This document shows, one piece after another, positions 38,456 through 51,589 of a stretch of DNA of 64,000 nt. The notes under the pieces were generated by a model. It was not told the origin of the DNA. It did not search any database and worked only from the letters and a program-made list of their open reading frames with translations. Origin of the DNA: Octopus bimaculoides. Taxonomy: Eukaryota. How positions within the stretch are numbered: position 1 is the first letter of the stretch; every line of letters starts with the position of its first letter. The position numbers and the translations under genes were made by a program. Location: NCBI RefSeq assembly GCF_001194135.2, contig NC_068982.1, positions 131,174,571-131,238,570 of the forward strand. The letters run 5' to 3'.

Positions 38456-39818
38456 ACAATATGATGATAATAAAATACAAATGAATAAATGTCTGTCATA
38501 TAAGGCAGAATAGAAATAAAGGGAAATGATAGGTAAAATAAAGAATTCATGAAGGGAAAAAAAAAAAAAGTTTTGCCTTGATATACCTTTGATAAATCAT
38601 CTAAACTACTTACATTGTCTTCACATCACAACTTATTAGTATCTTATACCTCTAACTTTAGTGGCATAATTTTCCTCATATTAATACTTTCATATTTATA
38701 CATCTAGACCTGTTTCAGTACACCCATCTTCAGGCAATTATCATACCTACAGGATTCAGTTCATTAATATTCTTTTATCTGTGTTGTGTTCACACACTTA
38801 TATGTAATTCTTTTGTTAGTAATTTCAATGCCAAGAGCTAGAATACTATTAAGACATACACAGGACCAATTAATAATAAAACAAAAACAAAAAAATACAT
38901 TTGTAGCTTATAACAGAATATATGAAGACAGGGGAAAAGAATATCTCTGTAACAGGTAATAATAATGATACCCTAAAAGGGAAAACAAAAATCTTAAGTC
39001 ATGCCAATTAGGCATGTCAAAGTTGGTAATTAGTCGGAATATTCATTATCGTTATGAACAGATCAACAAACAGAAATTAAATATTAGAGTTAATAAGTGG
39101 AGAATTGTGAGCATGGACACAAAAAATTGAAAGAAGCTACTAAAGAAATAAGAAAACTAATAAAGTATTAGTCAATATCATTTACAGCACAACAGATGAG
39201 CAGGTATATATTTTACTGCCTGCATAGATCATTATTCTGAGCGTAGAAACAAGCTGAGTCATAACACATCAGTTTCCTACTGGCCAAAGGGGTTGAGCAT
39301 TCATAGTTTATTATCAATACTATGATTAAATCCTAACAAAGACACTTAAATTTCAATGACCCTCTCTATATAAAGAGTCCGGTGCAACTGTAATCAGTGG
39401 CAGCACGGTGTATTTCAAAATTGTTTCATTGGTTTTCATTACTAATTTCCAATACTCCTGTGAGTGATATAGTTTAATATATTCATCTCTCTGGAGATAT
39501 ATGTCTGACAACCGTTACAGTGAGGTGAAAACTGAGACAAGTATCAGTCAAGCTCATTTATTATGTAAAATGCCTCTCAAAGACGGAGAGCATACATATA
39601 GTGTAAGACAAACAGTAATTTCCACCTAGGGCTATAAGAACGGGGTTCGACTAGTACACTGTTCTGAAACTTCAAGACCCAGGAGGAGCAGGCTGTAAAT
39701 GTCTAATGTGCCCCTCTCTACAAATAAAGCAAAAAATCAATAAAAAATCACTCCTTGGAGTAGCTGGTAAACAGTCTTGTTCCATCTTGTAAAATTTCTT
39801 CTTGGGACCCTGTGTCCA

Positions 39819-39862
39819 TTACACCAAATACAAGCAATGTGCTAGACACATCAGTATGTCAA
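39819..39862 (-). pseudogene. Exon-like island 7 (possible terminal coding exon)
   Basis: Strong acceptor ttctttaattcctttgtcactcag|. Phase-1 frame (V)DILMCLAHCLYLV* is phase-compatible with 41115-41252. Confidence 0.35.
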
Positions 39863-40515
39863 CTGAGTGACAAAGGAATTAAAGAATTACACCAACTACT
39901 ATTCAATAATATCTACTCGATGGTTTCGATTCTTCAACATTTTTCTAACTTACACAAGTTTTTATTCCTGTACTGTTTTCCAAAATAGTAAACTTCAAAT
40001 ACAATCTTATGAAATGAGTGAAACTTGCAAATTCCAACCCAGACATTCACTTAATATCATTTTTAATTATTTTAATTTTTATTGTGTGCACATCATCTGT
40101 AATTTGTGCATGGGATGAAGACATCAACAGTGGTCTCAATGAAAAAAACAAAATAGTTAATAATTTAATCAGTGCCAGTGATTAGTACATAAATTAAATT
40201 AGTTGTAACTAACTATCATTTCATCTGTCATGCCGCAAAACTAATCCTCATGTAACATTGGTTGGTCAATTCAACAGCAGTATCTTACAGCTACAATCCT
40301 AATATCATACAAGTGCAACACCAATATCGTAAATAATCAATCTAAGAAAATTTGATACGGTACCAGTTTAATTTCAACATAGAAAGATTACATAAAGTAT
40401 TAAGTATAGCATAATTTTTATTATTTGCACTAATTCACACTCTGCAGTTACCAACAATGAAAAACATATTACCATGGACAGCTGGATAATAGCCTCCCAT
40501 CCCCCACCCTCAACA

Positions 40516-40552
<37 letters not shown>

Positions 40553-41114
40553 NNNNNNNNNNNNNNNNNNNNNNNNNNNNNNNNNNNNNNNNNNNNNNNN
40601 NNNNNNNNNNNNNNNNNNNNNNNNNNNNNNNNNNNNNNNNNNNNNNTATATATATAAATCACAAATGAAAAATGGATGAAAAGTTTTTTTAATCTTATTC
40701 AGTAATTTCCACCTATTTTTAAAGCCCTATTTAAAAAATAGAAGACTAAATCCCTTTCAATATATATTATTTAACATAATCCAAGCAGTGTGTTGCCAGA
40801 AATACTTGAAAACTGGACTAAGAGTATTACATGTATTACAGTATTTGCTTTTGTATCTGTCGGTTCTGATTTCAAATCCTACCAGTTTAGCTATGCCTTC
40901 TATCTCTTCAGAGATGATAAAATAACAGTATTATACTGGAAATAGTCACATCCAGCTTATATTTACTTCCTTCAGTAGCCCATAGAAAGTTTTCTAGAAG
41001 CATAATAGCATTTTGAACAGGGTACTTAACTATGTACTCCAAAGTTTAAACCCAGTGCTGATATTTCTTTGTATTTCTGAAACGAACACCTTGTTCTAAA
41101 TTGTCTCAAATTAC

Positions 41115-41252
41115 CAAACTCTGATGTCAGTAACAGATGGAACAGAGCCCCTAAGTGGGTGAAAGAGGTGATCTCTGAGGATCCAAGATCTTTCCAGATT
41201 TTTTCAAATTCAATGTTGTTTCATGATTTGAGTTTTGCTGATAATAAGCATT
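41115..41252 (-). pseudogene. Exon-like island 6: 138-nt symmetric exon with one in-frame TGA
   Basis: Acceptor gatttccatcatatag| and donor TTG|gtaatt. (E)CLLSAKLKS*NNIEFEKIWKDLGSSEITSFTHLGALFHLLLTSEF; TGA at 41221-41223. Confidence 0.5.
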
Positions 41253-41559
41253 CTATATGATGGAAATCGGAGTATCACGGGCATATAATATACATAAAGG
41301 CAAGGGGCAAATGTGAAAAAAAACAAAAACATCCAGAGCAGGCTATTACAAAAAGAAATTGCTGAGCTCTGACCTCACTGTTGCTAATATGCATGCAGTT
41401 TTCTTGTATAGTTAACTAAACTTGATAAACATCCAATCCAGGAAACAATTTATATCTAGACTACTCAACATTATTAATGTGGGATGAAGTAACTGCTCTC
41501 AAGAACCTTAAGAAACTTAGAGTATAAATATATTACATTGCACTATATAGGAAGAACTG

Positions 41560-42730
41560 GTCTGAGGACAAGATAAGAAAATAAAATTTACAGTGCCCTT
41601 ATCATTAAATGCGATGGGTGTACCATCTCAAGGACAGCCAGCTGTAACTTGTCAGCAAGAACAGTCTGATAACATGTATCATGCTTTTGCTAATTCTTTT
41701 AGAAGAAATTTCAGGTGTGGCAACAAGGCCTGGAATCTAATGGCCTTAAAGTCAATTTAGCAAAACCGAAAGTCCTAGTAGGAAAACTGACAAATCAAAA
41801 GTCCCTTCTGGGAGATGGCACTGCTTGATATGTAAGAAGGTAGAAACTTCACACATTGTACCTAGTGCAAGCTTTGGACACATAAGAGGTGTAGCAATAT
41901 CATAGGAAGATTAATGAAGAAAATAGTCTTTGTGTGTGGCAAATATATAGGTACAATAAGCACTAAAATGCGCAGATGATAGATGTTGGTAACTAAGAGC
42001 CTTTCCCTCAGAATGAAAGACAGATTGTATGATGCCTGGGTATGTACAGCAATGATACAGGGTAGTGAAATATGGGCTTTGACTACAGAGGACTTACAAA
42101 GACTTGAAAGAAATGAAGCTAGCATGCTCCACTGGATGGGTAATGTCAGTGTGCACGCACAACAAAGTGTAAATGATTTAAGAGGAAAACTGGGTATAAG
42201 AGGCACCAGATATTGTGTGCAAGAGAGAAGACTGTGCTGTTTTGGTCATGTTATGCATATGGATGAGGATTGCTGCATCAAAAGCATTGAGCTCTAATTG
42301 TGGATGGTACCTGTGGAAGAGGTAGACCCAGGAAGACATGGGACAAAGTGGTGAGAAAGGATCTTTGGATGCTGAGCCTCACTAACCAGGAGATTTGGCG
42401 ATTCACTTTACTTCATAAATGCATCAAGCTAAGTAAAATCGTTGTCTTCCACACATACAGGTTTGTCCTGTCAGGTGCCAGTGTCACATAAAGAGCACCT
42501 GTGCCGGTGCTGTGCAAATGCACCTGTGCCAGTGTTGTGTAAACACACCTGAGCCAGTGGCACATAAAAAAGCACCAAGCATTCTGTTAAGTGATTGGCT
42601 TTAAGAAAGGCATCCAGCCATAGAAACCATGCCACAATAGAAAACTGGAGTCTGGACAGCTCCACATCAAACCATCCAACCCATGCCAGTATGGAAAGTG
42701 GGCATTAAATGATGATGATGGTGATGATGA
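41560..42730 (+). mobile_element. 5'-truncated RTE LINE (RTE-X-like, Cys-rich insert) with 3' UTR and (GAT)n tail
   Basis: LESNGLKVNLAK, PSGRWHCLIC...C..CKLWTHKRCS, RLYDAWVCTAMIQGSEIWALTTEDLQRLERNEASMLHWM, GTCGRGRPRKTWDKVVRKDL. The UTR ends aaatgatgatgatg. Confidence 0.9.
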
Positions 42731-43333
42731 TAGACACAATGTGATATAAACATTCACTAGGTGCCCTCATCTTTGACCCAGTAAGACATGCAGGATGTAA
42801 TGACTGAAAGGAGAGAAAATTGCATTAGCAACCAGATGGTATTCAGTAGACTGGGACATCATGAATTGAAATATCTTGTGCAATGACACAATGCACTGCT
42901 CAGTCCATGAAGTAACTTCACAACTTTATGATTGTAAGCTGAATACCCTAATAAATTAGGCGATATACCTTCATCATACTGCTTTATGCTAAATACTCAT
43001 TGCTACATGAGCTGAACTAATCAAGATTAAGTACCTTCATCAGGAATGTAACAAGACTGCAAATCACTATTGTCTCTTTAAGTTAATGATCAGCATCAAA
43101 TCTTGAAATCCAAACTTAAAGTTTAAACACTGTTCTCTAGAATATACTATTCAGGTTATTTCATTCAAATTTACAAATTTTCTTTTATGTATACTCTTTC
43201 ATAATTTAAATTGAAAAGTGTGTGAATGCCTGAAGTAACAGATTAACTATAAAATGGCCAGCTAAGACACCAGGATTCCGCACTCTTTCACCACAATTAA
43301 ATTGTGTCAAGCGTGCACACACATTAACACATG

Positions 43334-43380
<47 letters not shown>

Positions 43381-43560
43381 CATCATCATCCTCATAATCT
43401 AATTTCCATTTTCCATGCTGGCATGAACTGAATGGTTTGACAGGGACTGACAAACCAGCACCAATGTTCTCTTTGTGTGTAAGTTGGTTGCCCTTTCTAA
43501 TGCCAACCACTTTACAGAGAGTTCTTGATGCTTTACTTGTGGCACTGGAAACTAGTAAGG
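43381..43560 (-). mobile_element. Degenerate family C SINE
   Basis: catcatcatcc...ttttccatgctggcatg...gcccttctaatgccaaccac-like motifs. Confidence 0.7.
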
Positions 43561-43983
43561 TTACCAAGTAAATCACAAGACAAGACTTCTTCAAATGAGT
43601 GAGGGTACAGAACTGAGGGAGGTGAAAGTGTGATAGAGAGACAGAAACAGGAGTCTTACTGAAGAGGAGATACACAGCTGGAAAGAGAGAGAGAGAGAGT
43701 GAAGGCATATCCTCAAGGCAAAAAGAGAATATAAGATAGAGAACAGCAACAGAGGAATAGAAATGGTGGATAAGTAAGTAAGTTTGTGAGAATGTGATAG
43801 GCATGGTGTTACAAATCCAACATGGGATTGAGGTGGAGGCATGGTCATCAGTGAATATCACTCAACATCCCAAGTCACTAGTTCTACGGAGGGAAGGATT
43901 GTCATGCGATACAATCCCCAGCTGTTAGCAGAACAATAAGGTTAAAACTGAGAAGGTTAAAACTTCAGCACTGAGTTTGATAC

Positions 43984-44167
43984 CTTCAAGTGTAACATTC
44001 ACTGGTTTTAGTTGGGGAAGATTTGTGATGCATTTGGTTAAGAGTAGAGACCAAGCATACACATCAACCACCCCCAAGAGAGAACTGAATTCTGTGAACA
44101 CATTAATTGGCTGCACAGAGGTATTTTACAAAAATCACTAAGTTTATTGCCAAAGATTCAGCATGAT
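43984..44167 (-). pseudogene. Exon-like island 5 (184 nt; one +1 frameshift, or an intact exon from the inner acceptor at 44110)
   Basis: Acceptor aatttaattttttag| gives (D)HAESLAINLVIFVKYLCAAN*, then a shifted frame NVFTEFSSLLGVVDVYAWSLLLTKCITNLPQLKPVNVTLE to donor AAG|gtatca (phase 1, compatible with 41252). Confidence 0.45.
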
Positions 44168-44455
44168 CTAAAAAATTAAATTATACAGGAAGTAATTAGC
44201 AGTGTATCTCTTCAAACTCAGTTGAAATATACCACTAATTAACAATACAATAAACTAGGCAAAATTTGAATCTTTAAATGAGGGGAAACCAATTAAACAT
44301 ATAACTACTATCTTTCTCTCCCACATCTTTCAACAGTTCAATTAATCTACTTAAAAAGGTGTGTGTATTTGTGTCTGATCACGTATATTATCATGCCATG
44401 TTAAGAGATGATGACAGTAGTGATTTTATATTATACATGTGTGTGTGAACATATT

Positions 44456-44498
<43 letters not shown>

Positions 44499-44504
44499 TA
44501 AGTG

Positions 44505-44656
44505 CAGGCATGACCATGTGGTTTGGAAGTTTATTTCCCAACCACATGGCTTTGGGTTTCAGTTTCCATGTATGGTACCTTGAGCAAAGATCTTCTAGTT
44601 TGGGTCAATCAAAGCTTTGTGAGAAGATTTAGTAGACAGAAACTAAAAGCCCATCA
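44505..44656 (+). mobile_element. SINE family A head
   Basis: aggcatgaccatgtggtttggaagtttatttcccaaccacatgg...accttgagcaaa...gtagacagaaactaaaagccc. Confidence 0.75.
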
Positions 44657-44965
44657 NNNNNNNNNNNNNNNNNNNNNNNNNNNNNNNNNNNNNNNNNNNN
44701 NNNNNNNNNNNNNNNNNNNNNNNNNNNNNNNNNNNNNNNNNNNNNNNNNNNNNNNNNNNNNNNNNNNNNNNNNNNNNNNNNNNNNNNNNNNNNNNNNNNN
44801 NNNNNNCTAGCATCATAGCATCGTAATTATGAAATATCAATAAAACTGTCAAAAGCTTGTTTATTTTTGTTTTTTGATTTATTATTAGTGTTACTTAATA
44901 TGTTTTGCTAAAACTGCTGTTTCTTTTCAGATATCACCAGAAAAAGGTAATTAAAATTCATTAAA

Positions 44966-45300
44966 ATGACAGATTTATCAAACTTTCAAAGAGGTCAAAT
45001 TGTTGGTACTCATATGGCAGGCGCTAGTGTAATGAAAACAGCCAAAATGTTTGGTGTATCAAGAAATACTGTCTCAAAAGTAATGACAGCCTTTGAGAAA
45101 GAGGGAAAAAACCTCTTCATCAAAACAAAACTCTGGAAGAAAACCAAAACTTTCAGATAGAGGCAGTCGGCCTCTTATGCAAATTGTTAGAAAGGAACAC
45201 AAAAGTACAACTCCCAAAATTACTGCAGAGCTTAATGATCACTTCGTGAACCCAGTTTCCACAAAAACTGTTCACCAGTCACAGAAGGGGGATCACTTAC
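44966..45300 (+). mobile_element. Tc1/mariner transposase N-terminal fragment (frameshifted)
   Basis: MTDLSNFQRGQIVG.HMAGASV.KTAKMFGVSRNTVSKVM then SGRKPKLSDR...LMQIVRK...TTPKITAELN...PVSTKTV: paired-type HTH domains and the GRPR-like linker of Tc1. No DDE domain. Confidence 0.92.
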
Positions 45301-46188
45301 ACTAGAAACATTGTAAATAGGGAAGTGCTGTAACGGATGTGCTTAGCTTATACTTTCACACAATAACTTAATATATACTTATATTATTAATAAATATAAC
45401 ATGAAGGATAATAGAATTTTTCATTAACCAAAATAGTGCAAATTAAACAATTTTGATTAAATGATAACCATTCATTGGATGATATTTAAATTATCCATGA
45501 ATTTTCTCACAGGTCAAGCTAATTATTATCAAGTCAAGTAGAAAGTTACATAAGTGACTAAAGAGCCAAGAGCTTTATGCATGGAACTCNNNNNNNNNNN
45601 NNNNNNNNNNNNNNNNNNNNNNNNNNNNNNNNNNNNNNNNNNNNNNNNNNNNNNNNNNNNNNNNNNNNNNNNNNNNNNNNNNNNNNNNNNNNNNNNNNNN
45701 NNNNNNNNNNNNNNNNNNNNNNNNNNNNNNNNNNNNNNNNNNNNNNNNNNNNNNNNNNNNNNNNNNNNNNNNNNNNNNNNNNNNNNNNNNNNNNNNNNNN
45801 NNNNNNNNNNNNNNNNNNNNNNNNNNNNNNNNNNNNNNNNNNNNNNNNNNNNNNNNNNNNNNNNNNNNNNNNNNNNNNNNNNNNNNNNNNNNNNNNNNNN
45901 NNNNNNNNNNNNNNNNNNNNNNNNNNNNNNNNNNNNNNNNNNNNNNNNNNNNNNNNNNNNNNNNNNNNNNNNNNNNNNNNNNNNNNNNNNNNNNNNNNNN
46001 NNNNNNNNNNNNNNNNNNNNNNNNNNNNNNNNNNNNNNNNNNNNNNNNNNNNNNNNNNNNNNNNNNNNNNNNNNNNNNNNNNNNNNNNNNNNNNNNNNNN
46101 NNNNNNNNNNNNAAAGTCAACTAAGTCAATGACAATAAACTAAACCAACTTGAGTAATTTTGTAACTATTAGTAACATGATCTAACTG

Positions 46189-46224
<36 letters not shown>

Positions 46225-46830
46225 ATGTACAGAGAGAGGAGAGAGGGGGGGGGAGATTAATTAGCAGAAAAGAAGACAGGGTTCTACTACCATCTGGGAA
46301 ATGGTTAGGCTTCATATGCAAAAAAGGAGTATGTAGGAATTCCATACAATATACCAGATTTGAACCATCGTTATGCAAGAGGTGTAGTGGGATCACAAGC
46401 AGAGTGATAGAGAAGGACTCTGTTTGTAGGAGATACACATGAGTAGTGAGCTGTAAAAACCACCATGAAATGAATTCTAGGTGACCTAACTAGAAGTGAA
46501 GGAAGGTATTTCTAAAGCTAAACAGCCACAATAAGAAAACAATATAGAAAGATCAGGGAACTTAATTGGCACTAAAAGGATTCAGTGTCTGAGCTAAAGG
46601 GAACATTGTACAATACTTGAGCATAAAGTTTGATATCGGTTAGTTATGAAACAGAGGCATTGAATGCAAAGGATGTGTAAAGGCTGGAAAAAATGAGGCA
46701 GGCATGCTATGTCGGATGTGTGCCGTTACTGTGCATGAATGACAACACAAATGAACTGAGAGATAACAGAGTAGAAGGCAAATTAGATATAGTTTGCAAC
46801 AGGGAAGACACAATGGCATGCAAAGGACGA
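46225..46830 (+). mobile_element. Decayed RTE LINE fragment
   Basis: LLPSGKWLGFICKKGVCRNSIQYTRFEPSLCKRCSGITSR parallels the Cys-rich segment at 41810-41900. A (GAT)n tail-like tract is at 46828. Confidence 0.75.
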
Positions 46831-46914
46831 TGATGATGATGATAAAGTATGAATTTTAAAGTACTTATGTATTTACTTATACAGCCAAATGTTAAATGAG
46901 GTTCATTATATAAT

Positions 46915-47031
46915 ATTTGGATAAGAAAGACTTTAGTCTTTCTTATCCAAATGTCATGTCTTTTGTCATCTTATCCAAATGTCATGTCTTTTGCATATGA
47001 TCCTTCCTAGTGGAAAGAACATATGCAAAAG
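46915..47031. repeat. Perfect 18-bp palindromic hairpin, 25-bp tandem duplication and 12-bp hairpin
   Basis: atttggataagaaagact-tt-agtctttcttatccaaat (46915-46952). tcttatccaaatgtcatgtcttttg twice (46941-46965, 46969-46993). cttttgcatatg...catatgcaaaag (46988-46999, 47020-47031). Confidence 0.95.
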
Positions 47032-48024
47032 AAAGATAGAGGAAGACGTAGAAGAAAGTCTAATCTCAGAAGGACGAACTTCATAAAGACAAAAGGAAAG
47101 GACAGAGACAAGTGACATGACACTAAGCTGGAGAAGACTCATACAATCTATCCAAGTATGGATGAACAGACATAAAACATTATGATGGTGTGTGTGTAAT
47201 TATTTGGAAGCCTTTAACTGTGGGAGGAAGTTTTTAAAAATGTAAACACATTCAAGCTATATCTTTGATGTTTGAAGAAAAAGGAGATCCTTGATGAATT
47301 TATTTCATGGTTTGTTGACTGGTTATCAGAAGAGATATGCCCTGACTCTGTCCCCACCACAACCACCACCTCTGACCTATCCTCTCTGCCATTGAAAGTA
47401 TAGCATATTCAGAAAATAGAAATCAAACTACCCCTGCAGTGAATAACCTAATTAGAATAATTGTGCTTTTGGCTACTCATCATTAATTAAATATATATTT
47501 ATGCACAACACAGACACATATGTATGTGTTTATATACATCTGTGCTTGACAGACAGATATACTAATAAGTAATATATACACACAAAGACAACACACACAA
47601 TTGTATGTGAGTCTAAGAAAAATGCTTCTGTATAACAAAAAATCCACTATGAGCATGTTTAAATAGTGTAGTAAGATTTCAAAAGGAAAGAAACAGACTA
47701 AATGGTAAGGCAGTGAATGAATGAATGAATGAATGAATAAGTGAATGAGTGAGTGAGTGAGTGAAAGTGAGTGAGAAGAAACATAATAGCAAAAGGAAGA
47801 AGAAATGGGATGGGGTAGGAATCGGAAATTGTATTGACACAATATTAATGCAGTAGTAATATTGTAATGCCTGAGTAAAATGCAGAATATGACAAGAACT
47901 GGAACAGTAATGAAAGTTAGAGAAGTGGAAACAGTTTTATGGATTGATCAGTGATCTTCTTGACAATCATTCCAGTATACAGAATTGGTCTATAGTTGCC
48001 ATAACAACAGGTTAGCATAGACTT

Positions 48025-48272
48025 ATATCGTAGTGTGTAAGTCATTAAGCAAATTATTACAGATCCAGATAACCAGAATTCTATTGAACAGTTTAAAAGT
48101 GTGCAGCATCATTAAAAGTTCAGCAGAACTCTTGTAGGAACCTTCAACAAGAGGGTCACTTCAGTAACGAGATTCATCATGGGTAGTTGATGGATGCTCC
48201 AAAATATCACCATTAGGTAAAATTGGAATGTTACCACTGCAGGTTAGAACTGATCAACAACTTCTCAAATTA
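48025..48272 (-). pseudogene. Exon-like island 4: about 82 codons with two in-frame TGA
   Basis: NLRSC*SVLTCSGNIPILPNGDILEHPSTTHDESRY*SDPLVEGSYKSSAELLMMLHTFKLFNRILVIWICNNLLNDLHTTI*. TGA at 48254-48256 and 48161-48163. Splice sites uncertain. Confidence 0.35.
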
Positions 48273-48959
48273 CTTAAATGAAAAGAAGTAAACAAAAATA
48301 GAACTTTTTTTTATTTTTGCATTTTTCAGAAGACAGCAGTATGACATTCAGAAAGAATCAATCATATCGACATGGGTGGAGAGTCAATATAGTGTAAAGA
48401 ACATTGAGGAAAAAAAGGGATTTAATCAAGAATTTATGTTTTTGTTTGAATTTTCTGAAACATCATGTTATGAGTCATAAGGAAATTGAACTTCTGTTAA
48501 TCCTACAGAAGGGATTTTCAACTGCCTACATACACATGGTACTTACATAGAGCTAAGTAAACTGAACTAGTAATAATTGTCTTGCCCATTGCATATCTGT
48601 AGATTAAATATGAACCACTGCCTAATCAGATGGTAGCATGACTGCCTTTAAACCTGGCCAGCTTTAACTCTGAAAGTGTTTGTATCATTTCAGTGTCATA
48701 TCGTACTAAATTTATCCAAGTAATGTTGCACAAGATCCTTCATGCCCAGAAGCTTTATTCAACAGAATAGGAAAACAACCTTACAAAGACTTCACCAAAT
48801 GTAAGCATACAAAATGAATGTAACACTATAACAATAGCACAACAATAATCAAGTTCAAAAATCATAATAAAAATGTATACAGGATTAAAAAAGACATATT
48901 TTCTTTTGTGCTGGATATATCACAATATATGTACATATCATATGCACCTACTCATAGAT

Positions 48960-49310
48960 GTATAATTGCATTCATACAAACATGCACTCAACTGCATGAT
49001 AAGCTGGCCACTGAAAAGTCAATGATTCATCTCTTACTACCAATGTTGTGCTGTGTTTCTGACCAAAGCACTTGGCTCATACAAGATCTGCTCACTTAGC
49101 TACACAGAAAGAAGATTCATAAATACAGAGTAGGTCTGTTGCTATTGCCAGCACTGTAAAAATAATATTCAAGCTCTCCTAGGAATCTGGAAAAAGTATT
49201 ACAATATAATATGGCATTTACTTCTTCAAGAGATCTTGAAACTACAAGATTATTGAGAGTCCAAAGTTCCTGTAATGCCTTCAAAAGTATTTAAAAACAA
49301 TATGTTGCCT
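48960..49310 (-). pseudogene. Exon-like island 3 (disrupted)
   Basis: An open stretch ILLKALQELWTLNNLVVSRSLEEVNAILYCNTFSRFLGELEYYFYSAGNSNRPTLYL is bounded by stops, including TAA, with further frame changes. Confidence 0.3.
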
Positions 49311-50721
49311 ACAAGTGTATATCATGAATATGGGACATTTAAACACACATTGACTATTTCAGACACTGTTAAACATAATATAGAGTATGTTAGTGGTACA
49401 TCATTATAAAATTCGTATCCTTTCACTGGAACAAAGGACAAAATACTTGTACAATTACAGAAACCTGCTTTCTTACAGGAGAAATTGTTATTCTTGATTG
49501 TTTACCCTAAAGTCAGCTCTGATCAGGTAGATCTACAAAGATGTTCAATTTGTAACCATCTCATCTCATACATTATCTTTTTTTTGTACCCCTTTTTTCT
49601 TATCATTTTAGCACATCTAGAACTACTATATCCAATTCATCACTTTTCTAGCAGTTGGTAAAATGTAATTTTGACAGAAATTTGAGTTATTTCTTGCAGG
49701 TGAAACACAGAAACCCCTTCTTGTGGCATAAAAAGAAACGTTTCCTCCAAATGCAAAGAAAATAATAGCATCTAAATGATAAATACAAGTAAGTCATTCA
49801 CTCAGCAAAACAGCAAAGACATTGTAGAAATTCTCAGAGTTACATTCTACTCATACATGTGTATGTACATGCATGTAGATACATAGACATCTATAAATAT
49901 ATGTATTAAATACATGAAAATAAATGTAAGATATTTTAGGAAGTTCAGCTTGTAGCTCTCACTACTTGGGATTATCTGAAGTCTGAAGAAATTGTTATTT
50001 TTCAATTGAAAACTTAGTCATTCATAATTACTAAAATTAAATAATAATAAAAACACAGGAAAGCATACATACAAATGAATAAAAAGGTTTAGATGGCTTA
50101 ACTCTTAGAAAACAAGCCTAGTCACATTATTACTGACTTTCACCAAGGAAGTACCTCCTCAAAGTATTGGGTTCTTATACAACATAAAACTTGAAACATT
50201 GGTAAGGAAATGAGATACAACATTCATTGTTCTAACTGAAATGGCGAAAACTAGAAACTGAAGGCAGTTTGTGAGGATAGTTCTTTAGACATTAACATTT
50301 GTTTTTTTGTTTTTTTAATCTACAAAATTTCATCTCCTTCAATAGTTAAAGAAAAACTAAGCATAAGCTAATTTTGGTAAAGAAATTGCTCATATCCAAG
50401 AAACTTATTATCTTTAGAAAGAATAAATGACAAAGTTGATCACAATACAAAATCTCCAAAACATATAACATCCAATATAGTCAGCAAAGCCTAACCCTGC
50501 ATTGAGCAATAATAGAGACGGGTGAAATGTGTCCATGAAGTTTAACAATAAGAAAATGAAAAGTGGAAACATCATTTATGTACACAACACATACAGACAA
50601 CTAGAACAATTAAATATTTGTAATTTTGAGATAAGGTGTAGCCAGTATAGTAAATTAACAATCAAGCTATTAATCTATTTGTGCATACAAGTATACATAT
50701 GTTATTATTTACATAGCATTT

Positions 50722-50925
50722 AAGGTAGCAAGCTGGTAAAATCATAACTGTGCAGGACAAAATTCTTAATGGCATTTCTTCTGTCTCACATTCTGAGTTC
50801 AAATTCACAAAGGTTGACTTTGCCTTTCATCCTTTCAAGATTTATAAAATGAGTACCAGTTGAACCTTTGGATCAAAGTAACTAACTAGCTTCTTCGCCA
50901 CAGATTTCAGGCCTTATGCTTTAGT
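50722..50925 (+). mobile_element. SINE family B
   Basis: aaggtagcaagctgg...ttctgagttcaaattcacaaaggttgactttgcctttcatcctttc...aaaatgagtaccagttgaac. Confidence 0.85.
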
Positions 50926-51055
50926 AGTATTTCAAAGCAGATAGACATCAACTGCCTCAAAGGTTTATGAGAGGGTTCAGCAACTTCTTTTAGTAATGCT
51001 TGACATATGATTATTTTACATCTACTCATTGCCATATGTATATCATAGATCTTAC

Positions 51056-51297
51056 ATATAGAAATGAGCCCAACTGTGTCCCCACCACATCTCAATGCTC
51101 AATGACCCACAAATACATTAAATTTGAAGACTTTTTAGGAAAGGTATGAGGACCAACAGGTCCAACCTCTGGTCTATACTTTCTTATACATGTTTTGGTG
51201 TCGGAGTAACTTGACATACAAACGTTTAAGAGGAACATTAATGACACTAATTTTACTGTCCTCAGAGAACCTGTGAAGAACATGAGCACCACCCTTG
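51056..51297 (-). pseudogene. Exon-like island 2
   Basis: aag|C-KGGAHVLHRFSEDSKISVINVPLKRLYVKLLRHQNMYKK is open to donor AAA|gtatag (51180). A shifted continuation YRPEVGPVGPHTFPKKSSNLMYLWVIEH*DVVGTQLGSFLY ends at donor TAT|gtaaga (51056). Confidence 0.5.
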
Positions 51298-51589
51298 CTT
51301 ACAAATCCAGCAAGTAAAGAGAAAAAATTATTACAAGTCAAAAAATCAAATCAATGGAAGTTCTATTTAGTTGCATGACTTTATAAAAATAGCTGCCACA
51401 ACTCCTACAATTTTATTGTACCAGGTGCATTAGATGGTATAGTTCAAGATACACTAAGTATGAATATAAGACAGAATGGTCATTGCTGGAAACATTTGAT
51501 CAAAGATTTATTCAGTCAGGACTGATTTGGAGCCAAACAATAACTCATCACAGATTAATTGTAGACTTCATAAAAAAAAAGAGAAAAAA

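Noticed and set aside
39627-39655. B-box-like ggttcgact suggesting a tRNA
   Set aside because: No cloverleaf can be built. Other tRNA-like heads in the window belong to SINEs, so no tRNA gene is called.
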